From Candidatus Woesearchaeota archaeon (GTDB lineage Archaea > Nanobdellota > Nanobdellia > Woesearchaeales > ARS49), in the NCBI GenBank assembly GCA_030750765.1, contig JASMHM010000004.1, positions 3,013-67,012 on the forward strand: a DNA stretch of 64,000 nucleotides. The letters run 5' to 3'. The position numbers were made by a program, and so were the translations under genes. Each line of letters opens with the position of its first letter. Positions within the stretch are counted from its first letter, which is position 1. Below the pieces are notes generated by a model, which made no database searches, was not told the DNA's origin, and worked only from the letters and a program-made list of their open reading frames with translations. Of this stretch, positions 10,109-19,280 are shown one piece after another.

Positions 10109-11247
10109 AACGACAATAAATTCATCTGTGTTTCTTTCAAAATCTTAGAATGGTCAAATAACTTGCCAACATCAAAGCCGTGCTGCTCAAGAATCATCCT
10201 TTTTGCGTACATAAGCATGCTTTCCTTGTTAGGGAAGCCGATAGATTGTTGTGCTAGCGCGTGACGTGTTGCTTCCCTCGTCACCCACACTCCCAAGGGG
10301 GTGTCATACGCTGGAGTTACGAATCTAAAGACAAGAACTGACGCTTGGCGCTTCAACTCTGCTAGCTTTTCTGTTATGGCTAACCTCACACTATAGTATC
10401 CGCCAGTACAATTTTCTGCATAACGTGACCTTCCCCTAAACCCTTCGTAGTCTGTGCTCACTTCTAGTCTTTCTTTGGCAGGAAGCATCATCTCAAAGAG
10501 CTCATACTGCCAGCGTTCTGGGAGAAGCATGATCAGGTAATGATTGCCCAGATAACTCCCATAAAACATTTGATAATCTGCAGTGGACTGTTCTTTCAAA
10601 TCCTTAAGTACGTGTTTGGCAAGCATGTCGTCCGTCGCTGTGATGCTCCATCTTGTCGGCACCAATCTCTTATCTAACCCTAACGTTCCTACGCTGAGTA
10701 TCCTGCTTAGATAGTGCTCGTCAAAGCCTGCGTTGTATAAGGTTTGTATTTGTTCCACACTTTTCAGCTCATCACTCACTACCTTGTCTACTTTGGTAGG
10801 GATTTTGGCGTTACTCGTGAGTTTTATCTTGGATAGCTCTGCGCTAGGTCCGGTCGGGGCTGCAACATCGTCTGTGGCCAAACTCCAATGTGGCTTTTTC
10901 TTTAGCTCTACCTCAACATCCACCGGTCGCATGGACAACGCGGTAAGTTGCGCGAACTCTACAGGTTCGTCCACCTTTGCTTTCACTTGAGAGTTGACCA
11001 GGGCACCTCTAAAACCCACGACTTCGTTAGTTCCATAGTTTTCGTGATGCCAAAATTTTGGGGCATCATACTGCCAGGTGTGGTTGCCCATCTCTGGAGG
11101 GCACAACAATCCTACATTCACATGAGGATAGCCGTACCTGCCAACAAAAGGAGCAGGAGCAGAAGCTTGGAACTTTTCCCCCATTCCTTTCATCTTTTGA
11201 AACTTCACATCCGTTTTGAGGATGTCCTGCCATTTCTTGACTAGCAT
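10105..11247 (-). CDS. Nre-family DNA repair protein with C-terminal PIP box
   Basis: FVGRYGYPHVNVG, LVPTRWSITATDD, GGYYSVRL, PLGVWVTRE; C-terminal QMNLLSF. Confidence 0.88.
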   Translation of the reverse strand: MLVKKWQDILKTDVKFQKMKGMGEKFQASAPAPFVGRYGYPHVNVGLLCPPEMGNHTWQYDAPKFWHHENYGTNEVVGFRGALVNSQVKAKVDEPVEFAQLTALSMRPVDVEVELKKKPHWSLATDDVAAPTGPSAELSKIKLTSNAKIPTKVDKVVSDELKSVEQIQTLYNAGFDEHYLSRILSVGTLGLDKRLVPTRWSITATDDMLAKHVLKDLKEQSTADYQMFYGSYLGNHYLIMLLPERWQYELFEMMLPAKERLEVSTDYEGFRGRSRYAENCTGGYYSVRLAITEKLAELKRQASVLVFRFVTPAYDTPLGVWVTREATRHALAQQSIGFPNKESMLMYAKRMILEQHGFDVGKLFDHSKILKETQMNLLSF

Positions 11248-11354
11248 AGTCGTGGACAAGACTCCGGCGCATTTAAGCTTTCTGCACCGAAATAGTTAAA
11301 TACTCCAAGAGTTGGCCAAGAGGTATACCCCATCGAGGGTAGGAGGACAATAAT

Positions 11355-12506
11355 ATGGGATTAGTTGATTTTCTTACAAAGGAACGAGGCTGGACAGGAT
11401 TAGGAAAGAAGTTTGGTGATGTAAAAGGTAAATTCTTAGATGACGGTTTCAAAAACAAGGCTGTAGAATTAGACAACGCTATGACCACACGATTGAAAGA
11501 TCTTAACGGCATGGCGGGAGCCGCCAATTCTCAAAGTAGCGTGTTGAACGTACTTATGTCCAACGCAAAGCACCTTGCCTTGGTCAATCAAGGCAAAACA
11601 CGAACATTAAACGAAGGTAAGATACTATTGGCTCCTTGGAAAGCAGTAGGAAGCACCATGGTTAACTCAATCACTGGCTCCTGGGAACAACTCAAACAAT
11701 TGGCAGTGTACCGCATGGATTCACGATACGGAGAAAACAAGAGGGAAATCGCACGTATTAGAGCAGAGTTAAAGGCAAAGCTCGCAGAAATCGAAGCGGC
11801 ATATGCTGAAGCAAAGACTGCTTTAGATACCTCGCGCAAAGATGCGGTGAGCACCATATCCAACGCTAATAGAGACAGAAAGAAAGCGCAATCTTTAGTT
11901 GATAGCCTAAGCAAATCAACCAAGAAAGCAAGCGCGCGAGAACTAGCAATTGTGCTGGCCTCCATTGGTGTAGCGGACAAAGCAGCAAGGGACGCTCTAG
12001 CAGCCATTCTCGAACGACTGACCGACGCACAAGCCGCATTAGACCAAGTCAGAATCGACATTGAAGATTTGAAAAGACAAGTCGCTGAAGAAAAGGATGA
12101 CGAGCGGTACTACGCACAGGCAAAGACAGATGCCGAAAGGGAAAAATTGCGTAAGAAAAGGGCTCAAAACATGCTTGCGTATATTGAGGAAAGAAGGCGT
12201 GCTGGTGTGATAGCTAACGCGCAGCACTTCTGGGACGTCCTCACAACCATTGACTGGGCTGTTGCAGCTCCTGCGGTTGATAGCTTTGGTGATCTCGCAG
12301 GTGATCCGTACCTGGACGAATTCCGCACAGCTATGCTGCAAGAGGTTGTGTTCCTGCGTGACTACTTGAACAAGTTCGCAGCTGAGCAACAACTTGCTCA
12401 ACAGCTAAATTTGCAAAGCGCACAAGACGCAGCCGCTATTGGCCAAGCTCTTAGTACGGCAGCAAGTGCTCTTAGCGGAATAAAGACTGGTTCCATCTTG
12501 GTCTAG
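11355..12506 (+). CDS. Ala-rich coiled-coil hypothetical protein
   Basis: 383-aa ORF with heptad character and a strong GGAGG Shine-Dalgarno. Confidence 0.75.
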   Translation: MGLVDFLTKERGWTGLGKKFGDVKGKFLDDGFKNKAVELDNAMTTRLKDLNGMAGAANSQSSVLNVLMSNAKHLALVNQGKTRTLNEGKILLAPWKAVGSTMVNSITGSWEQLKQLAVYRMDSRYGENKREIARIRAELKAKLAEIEAAYAEAKTALDTSRKDAVSTISNANRDRKKAQSLVDSLSKSTKKASARELAIVLASIGVADKAARDALAAILERLTDAQAALDQVRIDIEDLKRQVAEEKDDERYYAQAKTDAEREKLRKKRAQNMLAYIEERRRAGVIANAQHFWDVLTTIDWAVAAPAVDSFGDLAGDPYLDEFRTAMLQEVVFLRDYLNKFAAEQQLAQQLNLQSAQDAAAIGQALSTAASALSGIKTGSILV

Positions 12507-12515
12507 GGGCTCGGC

Positions 12516-13223
12516 TTAGATCTCTCTGAGTAAGGATACGCGTCGAGGCTGGCCAGTATCTAGATGACTGGTTGCACCGGGGTATTCTCGTAGTCTGGCA
12601 GCTAAACTGGTCATAGGGATGTCGTATTGCCTACACCTGTCCACCATATAGTTAACCGCGTGGACCATATTTGCAGGATCGCTTAACCAAGGATCTGAAA
12701 CAGAAAGCATTTCATCGAGAACTGCCTCGTCATCAGGCCTTTCAAAATCTATTCTTGGGGGTTGTTCCTGGATATCTCTTAATAGGCGTCCAGGTTCTAA
12801 CGCACGGTCAAAATGACCTGCGATAACTGGAGTGATGAGTTCTTTTTTTTGCATTTGACCAAGGCTAACATCAAATGCTTCTTCGGTTTGTAGGTCGCTG
12901 AAAGATAAGGATTTGATGAGATGGATGGGACCTGGGCGCGTTTTGTATTGAGCGTCATGAGAATATGCTCTTGAAATTATATTCCACACTCCTCTGTCTT
13001 CGTAGAACGGATGCGCTATTGTATTTAGATAGAACGTCAGTAGTTGTCCCCAAACCGAAAGATCTGAAGGGTTGAGTTGATCTATTCCTGGGTGTGTGAG
13101 AAATGTGTGCACCTTTCGATAGCGCATTGCGTCTGCAGGCTTGTCATTTTTCCACTCGTTTTTTGGGAAAAGTGCTCTTCGGTCTGCGGTAGAGAATAGT
13201 GCGTCTATAACTTCCGTCCCCAT
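12516..13223 (-). CDS. hypothetical protein
   Basis: 235-aa ORF with a TTTAAA box ~25 nt upstream. Confidence 0.7.
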   Translation of the reverse strand: MGTEVIDALFSTADRRALFPKNEWKNDKPADAMRYRKVHTFLTHPGIDQLNPSDLSVWGQLLTFYLNTIAHPFYEDRGVWNIISRAYSHDAQYKTRPGPIHLIKSLSFSDLQTEEAFDVSLGQMQKKELITPVIAGHFDRALEPGRLLRDIQEQPPRIDFERPDDEAVLDEMLSVSDPWLSDPANMVHAVNYMVDRCRQYDIPMTSLAARLREYPGATSHLDTGQPRRVSLLREI

Positions 13224-13269
13224 ACAGTTACTAGTGAAATGGGCCTTTTAAAGGTGACCATTAGGGAAC

Positions 13270-13425
13270 TTACAGTTTTAGAGCTATAGGTTCGCTTTCT
13301 TCGTAGTGAGGCTCGTCCTTAGCATCCTTCCTAAACTGACTGCAAGACTTCTTGCTTTCCCAGAAAAACCAGCATTTCCTGCCAAACGTCTTGAAACTCC
13401 TACATCCTTGGCAGACCACACTCAT
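13270..13425 (-). CDS. 51-aa Cys-rich microprotein (CxxC...C...C), not in the ORF track
   Basis: MSVVCQGCRSFKTFGRKCWFFWESKKSCSQF...; fills the intergenic gap and has a TTTTTAAG box upstream. Confidence 0.65.
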   Translation of the reverse strand: MSVVCQGCRSFKTFGRKCWFFWESKKSCSQFRKDAKDEPHYEESEPIALKL

Positions 13426-13491
13426 GAGCGATTTGAGGCGGTTTACTCTTAAAAAGGTAACGCTTTTTAAGCACCTATCGTTCTGCGGTTT

Positions 13492-14505
13492 ATGCTCACA
13501 AAACCCGAAATTGCAGAGTTAGGGAAGATTATAGACGCTGCAGAACGTCCTTTCGTGTTCTTCCACGACGATCCTGACGGGTTAGCAAGCTTTTTGTTGT
13601 TGTATCGCAAGATCCAGGTGGGTAAGGGTTACCCGTTGAAGGCAGCACCACAGCTCACCATGGATTATGCAAGGTTAACAGCAGATTACGGAGCAGATAC
13701 CGTGATTATTTTGGACATTGCCATGGCAGACCAAGACTTTCTTGATGCCCTACATCTTCCCACTGTCTGGGTAGACCATCACCAACTACAAAAACCAAAG
13801 AATGTGTTGTACCTCAACCCTCAAGTGCGCAAAAAGAACATCCCCACACCTGCATTATTGTGGCCGCTAGCAAGAAAGGAAGATCTTTGGATTGCTACTG
13901 TAGGATGCGTGGGGGACTGGCACGTTCCGAGCTTTGCAAAGGAATGTAAGAAACAATATCCGTACTTGTTTGGGAAGAAAATGACTGTACAGGATCTTTT
14001 GTTCAATAGCAATCTAGGAATTCTTGCAAGAGTGTTCTCTTTTTGTCTGAAAGGCTCCACCTCCGACGTGAATACGAACGTGAAAATATTTACGAGAATA
14101 CAAGATCCTAAGGAAATACTAGAACAGACCACCCCACAAGGCAAGTACATTTGGAGATATTACTCAAAAATTAACGTACACTACGAAAAACTAAGAGAAG
14201 AAGCGCTAAAATCAGTCAAAGATGATCCTTTACTCGTGTTTACGTATGGTGATGATAAGCTAAGCTTGACAAAGGATCTGGCAAACGAACTACTAGCACT
14301 GCATCCTGACAAGATCATCGTTTTGGGCAGAAGAAAGTCCGGCGAAGTACGCTGCTCCTTGCGTTCTGGACCAAAAATCAACGTAAGAGATAAGTTAATG
14401 AACGCGCTAACCAAGGTAGACGGAAGAGGTGGCGGCCACGAGCAAGCGTGCGGTTGTGCCATCAAAGAAGACGATTTTGAGCGGTTTCTCGACGAATTAC
14501 GGTGA
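13492..14505 (+). CDS. DHH/DHHA1 family phosphoesterase (NrnA/RecJ-like)
   Basis: HDDPDG, ILD, VDHH, GGGHEQACG. Confidence 0.9.
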   Translation: MLTKPEIAELGKIIDAAERPFVFFHDDPDGLASFLLLYRKIQVGKGYPLKAAPQLTMDYARLTADYGADTVIILDIAMADQDFLDALHLPTVWVDHHQLQKPKNVLYLNPQVRKKNIPTPALLWPLARKEDLWIATVGCVGDWHVPSFAKECKKQYPYLFGKKMTVQDLLFNSNLGILARVFSFCLKGSTSDVNTNVKIFTRIQDPKEILEQTTPQGKYIWRYYSKINVHYEKLREEALKSVKDDPLLVFTYGDDKLSLTKDLANELLALHPDKIIVLGRRKSGEVRCSLRSGPKINVRDKLMNALTKVDGRGGGHEQACGCAIKEDDFERFLDELR

Positions 14506-14544
14506 AATTTATAAGTCTGCACCTTCTTAAATACTCGAGTGAAG

Positions 14545-16548
14545 ATGAGGAAGAAAAAGAAACGCAAGCCAGAGGCTCGTAACTGGGTACAGTTTGCTGG
14601 CGATCCAGATAATGTTCGTTACATGACACCCTCAAGTGACTTGTACAAGCTTTTCACCCCAACAGGCGAAGAGACCATCGCAGCTCGCGATTTCATGACC
14701 GGAATGGCGGTGGAGCACGACGGATTGCAAGGGATTGAAGGTGCCGTAGCAAAAGTGCTTTCTTTGCTGAAACGTAAGAAGGCGTACAGGGGCTTCTTCA
14801 ATGACGTCTATCTTGACCCTGTATCTGGAGAACCTGTTTCCTGGTTCTATGTCCGACTCCTACAAAGTTTTGGAAACGAAGCAGGAGTGTTTACTGGCGG
14901 TCTTACCCGAGATACTGCAGAGACCTGGCTCCGTAAAGGTAACACGCTTACTGAGGGCCAACGAGGCCAGTTATGCAGAAAGGTTACTGAGTATATGAAC
15001 GCCGAGGAAAACGTGATAACGGAGGATGCGGTGCGTCTCTGGCTCACAGGTCAGACCACTATGCCAAAGAAAAAAAGCCTGACACGTCTCACAGCGCATA
15101 AAGATACTAGCGGAAAACCTGACGAGATCGCAGAGATGACTCGCCTCTTCATGGAAACCGGAGCCGACACCAGAAGAGCGTACTTGGAGGTTATGGATTT
15201 TCCCCGGCAAGTTCGCAAGCGACTCAAGAGTCATCTACAAAGAAAGCAGCATGTATTCTCTGAAGGTCGAGCACGAGGACAACGACGAGAGGTGTTTGAC
15301 AAGCAAGAACTCATTGGTGGAGTTATAGACGGTTTAGGGGAGGTGTTGTTACAAGAAGTCATACCTGCAGAACGAACCATCGTGGCAACCGGCGTCGTAC
15401 CAAAACAGGATCGTAGTTCCTATCCTCGATTGAACAACCGAGTCACCACCACCAGCTCACTTCACCAAGCAGTAGAGGATAGATTCTTGCTGAAAGCTCT
15501 TGTCAGAGAAGCCATACACCAATACACAAGACATCTTGTTTACAATAGTGGAGATGTCCCTGCCATGGACGTGTACTACGGCAACGTTCTAGATGCGATT
15601 CTCTTGTCAAAGATGCCCTATACCGATCCCATCCTCCAAAAATATCAGGAAGAGCAAAGAATAGTCATGGCCAACCGAGATGAGGGCACCAACGCAGTCA
15701 CGCAGTCACTGCTAGCCAGATCAGAAAAGGAAGAAGCCTTTGCCGAAGAAGTGTATCGAGCGATAAGCTTGGGCACCATAGACGAATTTCTAAGTTTGAA
15801 CGAAGGAGACGTCGAACACCACACCGTCAGGAACGCCCTAGAGTCATTTGCAAATATTCACTTACCCAAATCGTTCTGGGAGTATGAACTAGTGTGGATC
15901 GAGGCAAATACTGCCGAGGTCCTAGACTTTGCCAAGAGCGAACGTCGTTCTGACAAATTGGAAGCGTATCTTCAAAAACAATACAGTATTGAAACCTCGC
16001 GCATAGGGCGGTTACTTGATGACTGGAAGCTTACACAAATTGATACGGACTTCTTGTTAGACCACACCATGTCATTGCAAGACGTGGGGGCATATGATTT
16101 TCATCGACGAAAGATAGCCCTAGCTCATGACGCACGAATCCTAGAAAAGGAAGAAGTGTGCAGGACACTGGAAAGATATGATGTTGGAGACCTCATTAAG
16201 GTAGCGTCTGGACTCAATTTTTCAAAACTTCCACAAGTACAACAGGAAGCAATGGACACACTTCACACGGAAATATTCACTGATGGAGAGACGCGTGAGG
16301 AGTACTTCTTTGATGGTATCCACCCCATGTTTTCCAAGGGACTTCCAGTGCGTTGGGTCGCTTCTGTCCAAAAAGCCGTACATTCTCGAACACACCAGCC
16401 GGTCGTAGAGATCGTCGTACCCTCTAGCGACCCCGCTAGACCAGGTGTACGAAAGTATGTAACGGATGTGCAGTTCGATCAAGTGTTTGGAGCCTTTGCT
16501 TACCGTCCTCCAAGAACCCAAGAAGAATTAGACGCATTTCTCTCGTGA
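14545..16548 (+). CDS. large hypothetical protein with PIP-like C-terminus
   Basis: Long uninterrupted ORF; ends QEELDAFLS. Confidence 0.75.
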   Translation: MRKKKKRKPEARNWVQFAGDPDNVRYMTPSSDLYKLFTPTGEETIAARDFMTGMAVEHDGLQGIEGAVAKVLSLLKRKKAYRGFFNDVYLDPVSGEPVSWFYVRLLQSFGNEAGVFTGGLTRDTAETWLRKGNTLTEGQRGQLCRKVTEYMNAEENVITEDAVRLWLTGQTTMPKKKSLTRLTAHKDTSGKPDEIAEMTRLFMETGADTRRAYLEVMDFPRQVRKRLKSHLQRKQHVFSEGRARGQRREVFDKQELIGGVIDGLGEVLLQEVIPAERTIVATGVVPKQDRSSYPRLNNRVTTTSSLHQAVEDRFLLKALVREAIHQYTRHLVYNSGDVPAMDVYYGNVLDAILLSKMPYTDPILQKYQEEQRIVMANRDEGTNAVTQSLLARSEKEEAFAEEVYRAISLGTIDEFLSLNEGDVEHHTVRNALESFANIHLPKSFWEYELVWIEANTAEVLDFAKSERRSDKLEAYLQKQYSIETSRIGRLLDDWKLTQIDTDFLLDHTMSLQDVGAYDFHRRKIALAHDARILEKEEVCRTLERYDVGDLIKVASGLNFSKLPQVQQEAMDTLHTEIFTDGETREEYFFDGIHPMFSKGLPVRWVASVQKAVHSRTHQPVVEIVVPSSDPARPGVRKYVTDVQFDQVFGAFAYRPPRTQEELDAFLS

Positions 16549-16581
16549 AAGTATTATAAATGCGGAGGTTTCCTTTCCCAC

Positions 16582-16995
16582 ATGGTCTTTACCATAAAGA
16601 AGTTGAAGACGATGTCCCGCTTCGAGCTTGATAGAGTGTGGAAAGGGATAAGCATCCATCGCACACCTCAAGGACGGTTCCGCGGCTACGTCTTAATCCA
16701 TCCTAGTATAATAGGCATGCTGGTGGCAAATCTTTTGGGGAGTTTTTGGCAAGGAAAAGTATTCTTGCCAGGGAAGAGATGCAAAAACATCATTGCAGGT
16801 CAAGAATTCTTCCAAGCACGCACGCCCATGGGGGACAGCTTGTTTGACCACGAACCTTGCTTGCTTTTGGACTACTCCCGTCAGATTATGGGATCTCATT
16901 TGCGGGATGAGATACGACAGATCATCCCTGGACTGTATCTCGGTCGGGTGTACGTGTTTGGCAGGTTTGTAGGGTTCTTCGTCCTCAAAAAATAA
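16582..16995 (+). CDS. hypothetical protein
   Basis: 137-aa ORF with TATAAA upstream; WQGKVF and LDYS...RDEIRQIIPGLYLG blocks look like a conserved uncharacterised family. Confidence 0.7.
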   Translation: MVFTIKKLKTMSRFELDRVWKGISIHRTPQGRFRGYVLIHPSIIGMLVANLLGSFWQGKVFLPGKRCKNIIAGQEFFQARTPMGDSLFDHEPCLLLDYSRQIMGSHLRDEIRQIIPGLYLGRVYVFGRFVGFFVLKK

Positions 16996-17037
16996 TCGCG
17001 CAACCTTTATAATAGACTATAGAGTCATGCTACCTAC

Positions 17038-17108
17038 GCGTCGATAGTTCAATGGCAGAATAGCGGCCTTCCAAGCCGCGGATCAGGGTTCGAATCCCTG
17101 TCGACGCA
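17038..17108 (+). tRNA. tRNA-Gly(TCC)
   Basis: Acceptor GCGTCGA/TCGACGC, anticodon arm GCGGC-CTTCCAA-GCCGC, TTCGAAT T-loop. Confidence 0.96.
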
Positions 17109-17109
17109 T

Positions 17110-17529
17110 ATGCGCTGGTACGAACGTAAGGGTGCAGGACCAGGGATGTTCTTCGCAGGATTATTCGTTCTCTATCAAGGCCTTTTGGGATTCATTCCCG
17201 CTCATGAACAAATGAAAACAGGCAAGACGCCTGCCGTGGCAGAGCGAACGATTCGCTATCAAAATGGGATCATCAAGATGTCTTCTTGGCCAGGAAGGCA
17301 GGTAGCCTACATCCCCGGCCATATTCGCTTTTGGTTCACCTCTCCTACAGATGAGATGGAGAAAATCGTCAATGCTCCAGAAAGCAATGATCAATTCTTG
17401 AACAACGGTGAGTTCGGCAAGGATCAGTGGAACGCTCCCTCCTTTGGTAGGCATGAGGACGAAAATCTGCAGTGGAAGGACACCGTTCTTCCTCCTTATG
17501 AGGAAAACGTTCAGCAGGAACCGGACTAG
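17110..17529 (+). CDS. hypothetical membrane-anchored protein
   Basis: N-terminal hydrophobic segment; starts immediately after the tRNA. Confidence 0.55.
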   Translation: MRWYERKGAGPGMFFAGLFVLYQGLLGFIPAHEQMKTGKTPAVAERTIRYQNGIIKMSSWPGRQVAYIPGHIRFWFTSPTDEMEKIVNAPESNDQFLNNGEFGKDQWNAPSFGRHEDENLQWKDTVLPPYEENVQQEPD

Positions 17530-17562
17530 CACCTTTTTAAACTTCCAGTAGATTCAATCATT

Positions 17563-18195
17563 ATGGTTCATACCTTAGTGATCTGTGCGCATAACGACGA
17601 CCAGATAGTGGGGGCAGGAGGAACGCTGGCAAAAGAAGCAGCACAAGGCAAAAGCTTCAAGACCGTTATTTTTTCGTACGGCGAGTTAAGCCATCCTCAC
17701 CTCAAGCCAGACGTCGTAGTGCAAAAAAGAAAGAAGGAAGGGATCAAAGGAGACCGATTACTGGGCAGCAAATGTACAGGATTCTTGGAATTGCCAGAAG
17801 GAAAGTTTCTAGCTCACGCAACCAAAGCAAAAAGAGCACTTGCTCAGCTAATCCGAAAAGAAAAGCCAAAACGCGTCTTCACCCACTCACCCAACGATCT
17901 GCACAGAGACCACCAAGCGGTTTTTTCCATCGTCCAATCACTAAGAAAATCTAAAGTGCTCACCTGTCCTGTGTACTCCTTCGAGGTATGGACACTACTT
18001 CCGATGAGGCAGAGAAAGCAGCCCAAGTTAGTGGTGGATGTGAGTAACCATTTTCACAAAAAAATGAAGGCATTTTTTGTCCATGAATCACAATTAGGAA
18101 CCATTCTCAGCCTGACGTGGAAGCTCTACATCATGAATCGTATTGATGGTTTGCGCTATGGTTTTAAATTTGCAGAGGTGTTCAGACGAGTATGA
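17563..18195 (+). CDS. PIG-L/LmbE family deacetylase
   Basis: AHNDD, DLHRDH, HESQ, AEVF. Confidence 0.9.
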   Translation: MVHTLVICAHNDDQIVGAGGTLAKEAAQGKSFKTVIFSYGELSHPHLKPDVVVQKRKKEGIKGDRLLGSKCTGFLELPEGKFLAHATKAKRALAQLIRKEKPKRVFTHSPNDLHRDHQAVFSIVQSLRKSKVLTCPVYSFEVWTLLPMRQRKQPKLVVDVSNHFHKKMKAFFVHESQLGTILSLTWKLYIMNRIDGLRYGFKFAEVFRRV

Positions 18196-19280
18196 GGTTA
18201 CTTATCGCTTCTGACACCAACAGTCCTAGAGTAGATGGGGTGGCGTGCTTCATCCATAACTTAGAACCGCACCTCAAGCAGTTTCATGTAAAAGTGGTCG
18301 CACCAAATTTTGGAGTGCCCACAAACCAGTATCCAGTTACCAAAACAAAATTGTTAAGGATCCGTTTTGGAGATTTTTATTTCAGCTGGCCTGCATGGGG
18401 ACTCATAAAAGAAATGGTAGCAAAGAGTGACGTGGTATTCGCACAAAGTATCGGTCCGGTGGGCGGGTTGGCGATACTTGCTGCTCACAAGCAAAAAAAG
18501 CCGGTTGTGCTGTACGCTCACGTCATGGATTGGGAGTTGGCAGGCTCGGCAGTGAAAAGATTCAAGGGTCTAACGCGTTTTGTGGTGAAGATTGCTGCAC
18601 GCTGGCTGTACAAGAAGTGCACAAGGATCATCGCGGCAAGCTCCAAAAGCGCAGACATGATAGGAAGTATTGGCGTAGACACGCCAAAAACAGTCATTCC
18701 TCTTGGTATTGATACACAACGCTTCAAACCAAGCGACAAGAACGTTGCAAAGAAAAAACTAGGCTTGCAAGGAAAGCGCGTTATTGGCTTTGTTGGAAGA
18801 TTAGCACATGAGAAAGATCTTCCTACGTTGTATGCTGCGTTCAAGGAAGCACAAAAGAAGGTTCCGAACATGAAGTTGTTAATCGTAGGTACTGGAATCA
18901 CAAACATCCTTCCTGAAGATGATGACGTGCGCTTAGCAGGACCGCAGACAGACATCGTTCCTTACCTACAAGCGATGGACCTGTTCGTTTTGCCTAGTCT
19001 TACGGAAACAAACAGTCTTGCAACCATGGAAGCCATGTCTTGTGCGCTACCTGTTATCGTTACGCCAGTAGGAAGTATAGGGGATTACGTTGTTGAGGCA
19101 AAGAACGGCTTCTTTTTCCCTCGCCAAGACGTCAAGGCGTTGACAGAACTCATGGTTACGTTGTTATCCAGTCCTGCAACCCGGCTGAAGATCGGTAGGG
19201 CTGCTCGAGAGAGTATGGTTCAGGACAGACAGTTCGATAAGACTGCTAAAGAGATCGTTACTGTGTTGAAAGAGGCTTAG
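18192..19280 (+). CDS. glycosyltransferase family 4
   Basis: FVGRLAHEK, FVLPSLTETNSLATMEAMSC. Confidence 0.92.
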   Translation: MRLLIASDTNSPRVDGVACFIHNLEPHLKQFHVKVVAPNFGVPTNQYPVTKTKLLRIRFGDFYFSWPAWGLIKEMVAKSDVVFAQSIGPVGGLAILAAHKQKKPVVLYAHVMDWELAGSAVKRFKGLTRFVVKIAARWLYKKCTRIIAASSKSADMIGSIGVDTPKTVIPLGIDTQRFKPSDKNVAKKKLGLQGKRVIGFVGRLAHEKDLPTLYAAFKEAQKKVPNMKLLIVGTGITNILPEDDDVRLAGPQTDIVPYLQAMDLFVLPSLTETNSLATMEAMSCALPVIVTPVGSIGDYVVEAKNGFFFPRQDVKALTELMVTLLSSPATRLKIGRAARESMVQDRQFDKTAKEIVTVLKEA

